Positions 1 through 7,906 of a DNA stretch of 33,234 bases are shown one piece after another; the stretch's first letter is position 1, and each line of letters opens with the position of its first letter. The DNA comes from a virus. A program made the translations under genes and the position numbers. The notes below the pieces were generated by a model. It searched no databases. It worked only from the letters and a program-made list of their open reading frames with translations, and was not told where the DNA came from. Location: IMG/VR virus record IMGVR_UViG_3300037673_000034; one strand, given 5' to 3'.

Positions 1-49
1 AAAGATTATAAATCGTATAATTAGGAAAAACCTAAGATTCAAAGTTTAG

Positions 50-127
<78 letters not shown>

Positions 128-171
128 GTTTTTCTTGGGATTTTAACACGATTGAGAACATCATCATAAAA

Positions 172-993
172 ATGGATCTCGCAGGTGTTTCAGAAGAACA
201 TATAAAGAAGACTAAGAGCAGATTGATTCGCATTTCTGAGGATTTGTGTTACTCCTGTAATCTTAATGACATAATAATTTATATAAACAAATTAAAAAGA
301 GAATTTGCACCCGCTACATACCGCAAATACATTCTCGATCTCAGGAGGATCCTTAGCGAGATTAATGCCCCATTTGTGGATGACTTAAAACTTCCATCTA
401 CACCAAAACGCCGGAAGATTGTAATCCGAACCAATCATATCAGAGAATTACTTAATCAGGCTGAACAGTTAAAATTCAGGTCGGAGACATTGAGGCTAAA
501 AGCCGGGATTCTTGTAGCTGCAACTTCAGGCTTACGTTCTGAGGAGCTTTATAAACTCACTTTAAACGATATAGATCTCCCAGAGAGGACTATACACATC
601 AGAGCAGAGATCGCCAAAGATTATGAAGATCGAGTCTCTTTCTTCTCTAAGGAAGCACAAGGGGCTTTGAATGAATATTTAGAGGAAGTCAAGCTTAAGA
701 CTAAATTTTTGTTCTCGAAAAATACGGTAATCAAGGATTTCAGGAAACTAAAGCTTAAGATTGGTAGAGAACTCTTCAGAATGAAGCACTGCCGAAAGTT
801 CTTTTCTCAGCAATCTGATCGATTGGGGTTGCCCACATCTGTGAAAAAGATGCTGATGGGTCATGTTGTCAGCAGTGAGGAATATGTTGCTTTGAGAGGT
901 GTAGATGTTGATTTAGAACATTACGACTTCCAGGATGAAGAAGATTTGAAGAAGATTTACGACAAGTACTGGAGTTCTTTCCGAATAATGTAA
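172..993 (+). CDS. int: Tyrosine recombinase, C-terminal part of a split (SSV1/pTN3-type) integrase, IntC
   Basis: Motifs GLRSEEL (Arg), IAK (Lys), KHCRKFF (KxxR in place of HxxR), LMGH, and HY (Tyr). The frame is open upstream through att to position 25 with no earlier ATG. Confidence 0.93.
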   Translation: MDLAGVSEEHIKKTKSRLIRISEDLCYSCNLNDIIIYINKLKREFAPATYRKYILDLRRILSEINAPFVDDLKLPSTPKRRKIVIRTNHIRELLNQAEQLKFRSETLRLKAGILVAATSGLRSEELYKLTLNDIDLPERTIHIRAEIAKDYEDRVSFFSKEAQGALNEYLEEVKLKTKFLFSKNTVIKDFRKLKLKIGRELFRMKHCRKFFSQQSDRLGLPTSVKKMLMGHVVSSEEYVALRGVDVDLEHYDFQDEEDLKKIYDKYWSSFRIM

Positions 994-994
994 G

Positions 995-1492
995 TTATTT
1001 TATTGTTTGAGTAAGTCCATTAATGTCTGCATAAATCCGAAAATTTCTGACATATCCATCCCATAGTAGGTTAGACCAAACATATAGCTGTACTGTGTCT
1101 CCTGCATTCCAGCCGGCAATCTCTTCGGTTACACTTTGATAACTACTACTATCTACTGAATGTACTGCTCCAACAGCATTACCATTTCTGTAGATCTGAG
1201 CATAAACGATGTTTACATCACTAACAACTAAAGTACCATGCATCTCCCACTCGAATCTCAGACTACCCGATCCTGTAAGTAATTTTATCTCCTTTGCTTT
1301 TATTGGCTCCATTGACTGAAAAGTAAATTCTGAGTTTGAAAATCCTATCAATCCATCTCCTGCGCTTAAAGTAATCTCTAATCCAATTTTTACCCATTCA
1401 TTCCCATTATCAAAATAAAGTTTGTTGTCTATTGTTGAAAATGCCAGCCTTCCTGCGTGTCTGGCAAGGGCAGTTAGCAGAAAGCAACCCAC
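995..1492 (-). CDS. Tail fibre distal / putative receptor-binding module (possibly a -1 frame continuation of the upstream fibre)
   Basis: Begins with a copy of the fibre motif GRLAFST-D---Y-DNG-EWV, followed by a beta-rich domain. GTG start is weak and overlaps the end of the upstream ORF. Confidence 0.65.
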   Translation of the reverse strand: MGCFLLTALARHAGRLAFSTIDNKLYFDNGNEWVKIGLEITLSAGDGLIGFSNSEFTFQSMEPIKAKEIKLLTGSGSLRFEWEMHGTLVVSDVNIVYAQIYRNGNAVGAVHSVDSSSYQSVTEEIAGWNAGDTVQLYVWSNLLWDGYVRNFRIYADINGLTQTIK

Positions 1493-2448
1493 TCTGTTCC
1501 ATTATCGTAATACATCATACCGTCTGCTGTGCTGAAAGCGATTCTGCCCTTGTTTCCAGCAGCAGGAAGGCTCGAAACATTCTTAACAATCAGATCCACA
1601 TTGCTTATTTGATAACCATTCCAGTTCTTGTTTGCGTTTACATTTAGATCGGCGATCGGATGCGTATGCGAGTTCGGCGGGAATGTGCTTGGTTTATCAG
1701 GTATATTATCCCAGAATGGAGATGCGAAGAGATCCGTGATCTTACTTCTAGACATATCTGGGATTCTACCGACCGAGAAAACGCCACTCGTTATCTTGCT
1801 TGCATCCAGCGGAGGAATATCGTCTGCATTAAGTACTGTCCACTGCGGGTCTGAGTCTGCAGATCTTACTATAAGAATTGTGTTTGCTGTTGCAGAAGTA
1901 GGCATCCTGCTTAGTCCCATCCTCCCGCTGACGATCTCACTTGCATCATGTGTATGCGAGCTTGGAGGATAAGTTGATGGTTTATCAGGTATATTATCCC
2001 AGAATGGAGATGCGAAGAAGTCGCTTATCTTGCTCCTTGGCAGGGATGGAATTGCTGCCTGATCGAAGATTCCGTCGATATCTGAGTCATAGGCTTTGTT
2101 CTTGCTTCCCACACTTTCCAGCTGCGACACAACTCCATCCCAGGTTATACAGACTTCCTGCCAGCCGGTTCCAGTACCTCTAAAAAGCTTGTTTGTGTCC
2201 GTAGTGACATAGAGTTCATCTGTATTTCCGCTTGCAGGCATCTCAGCCTCAGTCCCAATTGTGATCTTCTTGTAGCCAGCATTTTCCAGATTGCTTATTC
2301 TGCCCTCGTGGTTTGGCAGATCGACATTTGCAATACTGTAAAGAATCCAGTTTATCATTGAAGAGCTTATTGTTGTGTTCGGTACAGCCTTCCTGTTTCC
2401 GTCTCCTGGATCAACTCCTGCATCATCCCAATCACTCTGCAATGTCAT
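1474..2448 (-). CDS. Tail fibre protein
   Basis: Follows the baseplate genes. Contains fibre-type repeats WDNIPDKPST(Y/F)PP-SHTH (x2) and DASKITSG/DASEIVSG..R(I/M)P. RBS GGAGGTGA. Confidence 0.85.
   Translation of the reverse strand: MTLQSDWDDAGVDPGDGNRKAVPNTTISSSMINWILYSIANVDLPNHEGRISNLENAGYKKITIGTEAEMPASGNTDELYVTTDTNKLFRGTGTGWQEVCITWDGVVSQLESVGSKNKAYDSDIDGIFDQAAIPSLPRSKISDFFASPFWDNIPDKPSTYPPSSHTHDASEIVSGRMGLSRMPTSATANTILIVRSADSDPQWTVLNADDIPPLDASKITSGVFSVGRIPDMSRSKITDLFASPFWDNIPDKPSTFPPNSHTHPIADLNVNANKNWNGYQISNVDLIVKNVSSLPAAGNKGRIAFSTADGMMYYDNGTEWVAFC
1690..2018 (+). repeat. 41-bp perfect direct repeat (1690-1730 and 1978-2018) within the fibre gene
   Basis: TGGTTTATCAGGTATATTATCCCAGAATGGAGATGCGAAGA occurs twice, offset by 288 nt (96 codons). 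Confidence 0.9.
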
Positions 2449-2459
2449 GCTTCACCTCC

Positions 2460-2645
2460 TTATTTCTGTAGTTTCAGTATGATGTGTTCCTTAAGTGAGG
2501 GTACTCGCTCCATCAGCTCGCCTATCTTCCTTAAAGCTTCAATTTCAACTTGCAATTTCTGAATCTGCTCATCTATCGTTGCTTTCTGCTTCTTCAGTTC
2601 ATCAAGATCTTTCTTCTTCTGCTCAAGAAGCTCTTTAACATCCAT
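2460..2645 (-). CDS. Small coiled-coil protein
   Basis: Heptad-rich L/K/E sequence, preceded by a late-type promoter. Confidence 0.7.
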   Translation of the reverse strand: MDVKELLEQKKKDLDELKKQKATIDEQIQKLQVEIEALRKIGELMERVPSLKEHIILKLQK

Positions 2646-2666
2646 ATAGATCAGCTATCCTGCAAC

Positions 2667-2684
2667 TTTAAAAAGAAAAGTCAA
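2667..2684 (-). promoter_or_regulatory. Late-type promoter (TTGAC variant + TATA)
   Basis: Minus strand TTGACTTTTCTTTTTAAA; box 35 nt upstream of ATG 2645. Confidence 0.65.
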
Positions 2685-2696
2685 GTTCAAGCTAAT

Positions 2697-3215
2697 TTAA
2701 CTACCCCACACTCCTTCATCCCATTTACCTTCATCCCATTTGCTTCCAAGCCACCAAATTTGCCATGAAATCCCAGCCCCCTTTGTGCGATCAACTATCT
2801 CTACAATGAGGAGTTCTTTATCTCCGTAGTCTGTCGGAACTCTTAATGTGAAGTGGGCTGGCTGATTAGGAAATTCTTCAATAAACTCTATTCTGTTTGG
2901 ATCTATGCCGAGTGTACTAAGTGCAAATCTTATTGCTGATTTTGTCCCATCTGCAATCAATCGAGAATACTTTGTTTTTATTCTTGCTCTGTAATCCTCA
3001 TCGTTATCATACTCTCTTTTCTCTCCAACAAGTGCCCCTATTCTGTCTAAGTTGATACCTGTTGCAGTATCAACAAAATGTGAATTTTTGATATCTTCGA
3101 GCAATTGTTCTATTTCTGCAAGCTCATCTGCAAAAACCTTCAGAAATTTGTAGTTATTGCTAGTCTCTGCTTTGTTATAAGCTGTTGAAAGCCTGTTGAT
3201 TATATTTTTTATCAT
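2697..3215 (-). CDS. Baseplate wedge protein (DUF2612 / P2 gpI-like)
   Basis: LDRIGALVGEKR..DEDYRARIK motif; directly downstream of baseplate J. Confidence 0.8.
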   Translation of the reverse strand: MIKNIINRLSTAYNKAETSNNYKFLKVFADELAEIEQLLEDIKNSHFVDTATGINLDRIGALVGEKREYDNDEDYRARIKTKYSRLIADGTKSAIRFALSTLGIDPNRIEFIEEFPNQPAHFTLRVPTDYGDKELLIVEIVDRTKGAGISWQIWWLGSKWDEGKWDEGVWGS

Positions 3216-3223
3216 TCAACCAC

Positions 3224-4318
3224 CTAGCTAACTGTAACGGATTTTGTTCCCACTTTGGCTTTCGTACTGCTCTGTATTGCTATTGACTCTCCAAGAGAAG
3301 ATATTGTTGTCGTTCCATCTGTTGCTGATAAGCTGTTAACATCATTAACCCCTTCTGCATTAATGACTGCTTTGAGCAAATCAGAATAGACTACATCATC
3401 CCCAATATTGAGTTGGGAGAAATATGCATCTATGGCAGATTCAATGTTTGAATTAACAACAGATGTTGAATGATAATCATCTGCTGTAGCTTCTACCGTC
3501 ACATCGATGTAAACATAGCTCGGTCTCTGCCATGTAACCTGTATGCCTGCAGGTCTTGCCTCTTCAATAGCGGAATCAATATCTAAGTCGTTTCCACCCT
3601 CAACAGTAGCTGAAACTGTGTGGTTTACTGTATCTTCAGTAACCAAAACAGCTGTAACTCTATCAACAGCTGCGATTGCCGACTCTATTGCAGAAACCGT
3701 TCCCTTGCCGAACCTCGTCCCTCGTTTTGCTCGATATCTCAAAGCCTCATCCGACTCAGTATTCGAACCACCTGATGTTGCGTTTGCGTTGTTTACACTC
3801 TCTATTCCACTTATCGGGTCGACGATCTTCGTTATCGTGTTGGCTGCAACGTTTCCTGCTGAACCTGCTTCCTGGGCCTCGATCGCCACATCGACGGAAG
3901 TGTTGCCCGACTCCAAGTATTTTCCTTCCGTGGTTACGAAAACTATGCTGCCATCAGCCGTTGCAACTCTCGTGCCGAGCGGAATCCAGATGTCGTTGGT
4001 TGCAGGAGTAGAGCGCGAAAAAGTTACGATTCCAGTTGCTTTCGTTGCCTGCTTTCTTGTTAATCCAAGCAATGCAACAACCTTATCCAGATCGCTGCCG
4101 GTGGCAAAATCGATGAAAGCTGAATAATAGACATCCTCTGCCACATTCCAGAGAATCGCCGCTTCTATCAGGATTGAATTAGCGAATTCCATGATGGGCG
4201 AGGTATCTGTTAAGTCGACATCATCACCGAAGTACAGCTTGGCTCTCTCTTTTACCGCCTCGATTATAGCATCATAGTTCTTCAAAACGAATCCGTTTTC
4301 CGTTACACCATAACTCAT
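3224..4318 (-). CDS. Baseplate J-like protein
   Basis: ATG.DLDK...LGLTR..AT.A.G.V.F, G..GNV.AN.I, GG..ESDE.LR.R motifs typical of gpJ/gp47. Confidence 0.92.
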   Translation of the reverse strand: MSYGVTENGFVLKNYDAIIEAVKERAKLYFGDDVDLTDTSPIMEFANSILIEAAILWNVAEDVYYSAFIDFATGSDLDKVVALLGLTRKQATKATGIVTFSRSTPATNDIWIPLGTRVATADGSIVFVTTEGKYLESGNTSVDVAIEAQEAGSAGNVAANTITKIVDPISGIESVNNANATSGGSNTESDEALRYRAKRGTRFGKGTVSAIESAIAAVDRVTAVLVTEDTVNHTVSATVEGGNDLDIDSAIEEARPAGIQVTWQRPSYVYIDVTVEATADDYHSTSVVNSNIESAIDAYFSQLNIGDDVVYSDLLKAVINAEGVNDVNSLSATDGTTTISSLGESIAIQSSTKAKVGTKSVTVS

Positions 4319-4350
4319 GCTCTTTCCTCCTCAATTCTCATCAATTCTCC

Positions 4351-4713
4351 TCAGATAGTTACCTCCACACTAACCGATTCTCCAGAAACAATCGTCAGGC
4401 GAATGCTGATCGTGACTCTCCGATTTGAATCCGGCTCTGATACTTCTATTGAGTCAATTGATCTCAAATAAGGATAATTTCTCAAAGCCCGTCTTATCTC
4501 GTACTCGATTATCTTTCTGTTGTAGCCTGATTCTACTATCTTGAAATAATCAACACCCAGCTCAGGGTTGAAGATGTCGGAACCCTTAATTGTGTGCAGG
4601 ATAACCCAGATGTCTTGGGCTACTTTCTCGGCTCCGCTAATGAGTTCAACACGATTCAGCTCGCTGTAGATAACATCCCCTGAGCTGTCCAGCTTGAAGG
4701 TTTTTGCATACAT
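4351..4713 (-). CDS. Baseplate gp25-like / sheath initiator (DUF2634-like)
   Basis: Size, position, and motifs KGSDIFNPELGVDY and IRRAL...RSIDSIEV. Confidence 0.8.
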   Translation of the reverse strand: MYAKTFKLDSSGDVIYSELNRVELISGAEKVAQDIWVILHTIKGSDIFNPELGVDYFKIVESGYNRKIIEYEIRRALRNYPYLRSIDSIEVSEPDSNRRVTISIRLTIVSGESVSVEVTI

Positions 4714-4736
4714 TAGTGAATGGTTTTTCTCCTAAA

Positions 4737-4753
4737 ATTTAAAGAAAAGTCAG
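4737..4753 (-). promoter_or_regulatory. Late-type promoter (CTGAC + TATA)
   Basis: CTGACTTTTCTTTAAAT; box 36 nt upstream of ATG 4713. Confidence 0.75.
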
Positions 4754-4764
4754 CTTAGCCATCG

Positions 4765-5091
4765 TTAACCATTATCGTAAACGAAATCTTGACTGGTTAC
4801 GGTTATCCCGCTGAAGGTGTGGCAGCTTGAGCTTCTGCTTATGTCTCCCTCCCTGCAGACAGGAATTCCAGCGATGAAAATCAGCTGTGAACAGGTTGAA
4901 TTATCTCCTGCATAGGCCGTTTCGTGGGCGGAGAAATCTTCGCCCTTGCATACTATGAGCTTACCAGCTATGAAAACGAAATCCTGTAGATCAATGGGTG
5001 TTATGTCATAGCTCCCTCCTCCTGCTGGAGGGTCATGGCAGTCGTCCTGAGTGTCGTAATCCCCTTCAACGGCTATTAATGGCATAGTCAC
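4765..5091 (-). CDS. PAAR-like spike tip protein
   Basis: Repeated V(F/I)IAG(K/I)..(V)C.(K/E)G(E/D) units with Cys/His residues; follows the spike gene. Confidence 0.8.
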   Translation of the reverse strand: MTMPLIAVEGDYDTQDDCHDPPAGGGSYDITPIDLQDFVFIAGKLIVCKGEDFSAHETAYAGDNSTCSQLIFIAGIPVCREGDISRSSSCHTFSGITVTSQDFVYDNG

Positions 5092-5102
5092 ACCTTAAAA
5101 CC

Positions 5103-5579
5103 TTAAAGCTTGTTGAAGTCTACTCGCTTGGCTTTTATCTCGAGACTTCCATCTTGTTTGAATTTTATGTAGGCCCCGCTTTTGTGCCATATCAGGATCT
5201 CGTCCTCGTTCATGGAGGGTAATGAGTCTACAGCCGTAAAGATGCCAGCGATTACGCATGCATGGTTTAAGTTGAATTTCAAGAGTTCGTTGACATCCAC
5301 AATTTCCCTGTTTTTTATCTGCTCCTCGAGTTCGTACTTCGAAAAAAGAACGAGTACGATGTCTCCTTCTTTGGGAGCTATTATCAATGCCGAGTCGCTG
5401 AATTTCTGCACCGCTAATGGAACATCGAAAAGCTCTATCTCGTTGCCATGGATCCTGTGCTTTAGCTTTACATTGCACCTCATCTTGCTTAGATCGACTT
5501 GGGTTACGATACCAAAAGAAACTGTGTTTATCTCTTCGAGCTTGGAATCTATCAGGCGGATCAGCTTTTCAACTGTCAT
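5103..5579 (-). CDS. Baseplate central spike (gpV / Gp138-like OB fold)
   Basis: FGIVTQVD....CNVK..., PKEGDIVLVLF, and C-terminal HKSGAYIKFKQDG beta-helix motifs. Confidence 0.85.
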   Translation of the reverse strand: MTVEKLIRLIDSKLEEINTVSFGIVTQVDLSKMRCNVKLKHRIHGNEIELFDVPLAVQKFSDSALIIAPKEGDIVLVLFSKYELEEQIKNREIVDVNELLKFNLNHACVIAGIFTAVDSLPSMNEDEILIWHKSGAYIKFKQDGSLEIKAKRVDFNKL

Positions 5580-6484
5580 ACAGCCTTCACTCCCAATTCA
5601 GAGTAGAATTCCTCACCCTTACACACATGCGAAAAATCGACGACCTTGAATACTCCAGAAGCTTTTATTGAATCGAGCCTGATCAAAGAATCCGCAGAGG
5701 CTTTCCACTGAAGCAAGCATCTGATCTTGTAGTCTATTTCAGCTTCTTCTTCATGCTCGGTAACTTCCATCAGTCCTGTTTCAGAGGATAAAACGATTAC
5801 TTCTTGGCCCTGATATTGTTTCCGTACGAAGTAACCCATGTTGTTCTTTGTGTAGAATGTGAAGTAATTCTGACTCTCAACGGCCCTTCTCAGCAGCGGG
5901 TCCATGTAGCCATACTGATTTTTCGCCTGCCTTAACACATCCCCGTTCACAATATCCAGACAGATCTTGAGATTGTTATACGGTGTGCCATGGAAGGTCA
6001 TCGTCTTTTGCAGGGTTACACTTGGATCCTCGATCTTGGCAACCGGAATTGCAGCTGCATTGAACATGTCTTTGACTATCGTGGCAATCGGGGTTCCCTG
6101 AGGGTAGGTTCTCGTGATGTATGCGGATTCAAAGAGGGATTTCGTCTCATCCAAAGCTTTGATGATCGTTTTAACATCTGCTCCATCCTTCTCCTCGCTT
6201 ACTCTATCGATCTTCCCATAGAAAATGATACCGTAATCGTTTCTATAACCTGCTTTCAGCTGTATTGCCGTATCTTTCTTTATCTTAGCCTTAGATGCAT
6301 CACTGAGGTTGTAGATCGTGATCTCTGCTTTGTTCGCATTCTCCTTGTTTCCTCCTTCGATGTGGAACTCGATATCTAAGTCGTCGATCGTGATAAGCAT
6401 GGAACCGAGCTGGAGTTCGTAATAGCGGTTGAACATCTCGTTGCTCAGGCTGCCTTCGTTGATGATCATGTCCAGAACACCCAT
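5576..6484 (-). CDS. Baseplate hub protein (Mu gp44 / gpD-like)
   Basis: N.AEITIYNLS, LKAGY....GIIF.G.I, and LSSETGL motifs. Confidence 0.85.
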   Translation of the reverse strand: MGVLDMIINEGSLSNEMFNRYYELQLGSMLITIDDLDIEFHIEGGNKENANKAEITIYNLSDASKAKIKKDTAIQLKAGYRNDYGIIFYGKIDRVSEEKDGADVKTIIKALDETKSLFESAYITRTYPQGTPIATIVKDMFNAAAIPVAKIEDPSVTLQKTMTFHGTPYNNLKICLDIVNGDVLRQAKNQYGYMDPLLRRAVESQNYFTFYTKNNMGYFVRKQYQGQEVIVLSSETGLMEVTEHEEEAEIDYKIRCLLQWKASADSLIRLDSIKASGVFKVVDFSHVCKGEEFYSELGVKAV

Positions 6485-6753
6485 ACTTCACAATTTTGTG
6501 AGTCAATGTTCCAGGGCAGGATCGTAAAGAGCACCTCATAGGTTTGTGGGTCTCTGGCTTCGTAGGGATTCTTCACAGCAAGCTTGCCATTGAAAACTAT
6601 TGCTGAATCCTCTATCCTGACGATTTTCAGAACACAGAAGCCCTGGGAGTTCCAGCGGTAGTATGCGTTGTAAGCTTCGTCGTTGATCTTGAATTTCTGC
6701 CTCTGCGGATATCCTAAATTCTTGTCGAATGGTAGAACATTCACCGTTGGCAT
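6466..6753 (-). CDS. Baseplate plug-like protein
   Basis: About 95 aa beta-rich protein (Y.AYYRWN) lying between the Dit-like and hub genes. Confidence 0.65.
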   Translation of the reverse strand: MPTVNVLPFDKNLGYPQRQKFKINDEAYNAYYRWNSQGFCVLKIVRIEDSAIVFNGKLAVKNPYEARDPQTYEVLFTILPWNIDSQNCEVWVFWT

Positions 6754-7278
6754 TTAACCACCTCCGAAAGTTGCACCAAACCAGTCCATAATAGAGTCAA
6801 GCCAGCTCTTGTTCTCCTGCTTTTCAGGACCATCAGCCTTGTTTTCAGATGATGGGGTTACGGCAGCATCTCCCCCTTGGTAGTCTTCTTCCGCCTGAGT
6901 AACCACATCCGGGAGCGTTACAACAGCGGTTCTTGCTGCAGCGGTTCTTATCTGTTTGATGCGTAGTGTTGCGTAAACTATGTTCTGGCTGTCCGAGATG
7001 CGGAATCTGTGGGATTTCACGAGCATGTTCTCGTATGATCCAAGCTCTAGGCTTAGTTCGAAGGGTGTGTTTGATTCGAGTATCTGCTTAAGAAGATCGA
7101 CTTCTCCCTCATCCTTGAAGAGCTGCAGCTCGAGTTCGAACTCTGCAGGCTCATCGATCACATGGTCCGCGATGCTGAATTGCTCTTCGGTACGATGCTC
7201 AGGAATTGTTTTGTCCTGGTCCAGATTTATCACGCTAATAGCTCTGAACTTTCTGCCGGCTATGAAAACATCTTCCAT
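6754..7278 (-). CDS. Tail tube initiator / Dit-like protein
   Basis: IPEHRTEEQFSIADHV..EP motif, Y.NML, and LRIKQIR; downstream of the tape measure gene. Confidence 0.75.
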   Translation of the reverse strand: MEDVFIAGRKFRAISVINLDQDKTIPEHRTEEQFSIADHVIDEPAEFELELQLFKDEGEVDLLKQILESNTPFELSLELGSYENMLVKSHRFRISDSQNIVYATLRIKQIRTAAARTAVVTLPDVVTQAEEDYQGGDAAVTPSSENKADGPEKQENKSWLDSIMDWFGATFGGG

Positions 7279-7300
7279 GTATGCTGGATTTATAGGAAAA

Positions 7301-7318
7301 GATAAAAAGAAAAGTCAG
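7301..7318 (-). promoter_or_regulatory. Late-type promoter (CTGAC + TATA)
   Basis: CTGACTTTTCTTTTTATC; box 36 nt upstream of ATG 7278. Confidence 0.72.
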
Positions 7319-7327
7319 GTTAGGATA

Positions 7328-7867
7328 TCACTCAGATAGCCACTTTTTTAGAATTTCCATAGCATAAGGAATTAATCTTGTAGCGAGTTCAGGTGCTTTT
7401 TCTTTAATTTGTTGAATGATTTCTTTAATTTTATTTCCATCCGGTTTATCTTTTTCTGATTCATGTATCAATTGGCTAATTAGCTCTTTGAGCTCTTCAT
7501 CTTCTACTGCATTGTAGATCTTATTAAGGCTATCTCGGATACGAATAGATTCTGCCTGGAGAATCGCTGAGTCTATAACATTTCCATAAATTATAATCTG
7601 CTGCAAAAATGGAGCTTCATTTATGAACATCTCTGGAGATTCAACTGCATCTATACCATATGCGGCAATCCTAACAAATCCACCTCCACCTAGGACTCGA
7701 TCGTAGCGGATGAAACCCTTCTCATCAAGATAATCTAATTCTAATTCTATTTGATCCAAAGTCAAATTAAGTTTTTCAGCCAGCTCGCTTGCATCAATGA
7801 AAGAATATGGGTTTTCTTTAGCTTGATTGTATAAGATTTCCAATATTTTAGCCCTAGTTTCTTGCAT
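7328..7867 (-). CDS. AT-rich moron: winged-helix protein with helical C-terminal domain
   Basis: ELAEKLNL...IELELDYLDEKGFI wHTH signature. ATG 7867 preferred over TTG 7882. Visibly lower GC than its neighbours. Confidence 0.75.
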   Translation of the reverse strand: MQETRAKILEILYNQAKENPYSFIDASELAEKLNLTLDQIELELDYLDEKGFIRYDRVLGGGGFVRIAAYGIDAVESPEMFINEAPFLQQIIIYGNVIDSAILQAESIRIRDSLNKIYNAVEDEELKELISQLIHESEKDKPDGNKIKEIIQQIKEKAPELATRLIPYAMEILKKWLSE

Positions 7868-7906
7868 GCAGGTAGTTGACAAAAATAATTCAAAAATGTT
7901 TCGTAT

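Noticed and set aside
995-2448. Diversity-generating retroelement or invertible fibre cassette
   Set aside because: No reverse transcriptase, no template/variable repeat pair with A-specific mismatches, and no invertase or inverted repeats seen.
2715-2745. Tandem CCTTCATCCCATTT repeat
   Set aside because: Simply encodes KWDEG-KWDEG at the end of the baseplate protein.
4322-4345. Short TCAATTCTC direct repeat
   Set aside because: Two 9-bp copies in a purine-rich RBS spacer; no support for function.
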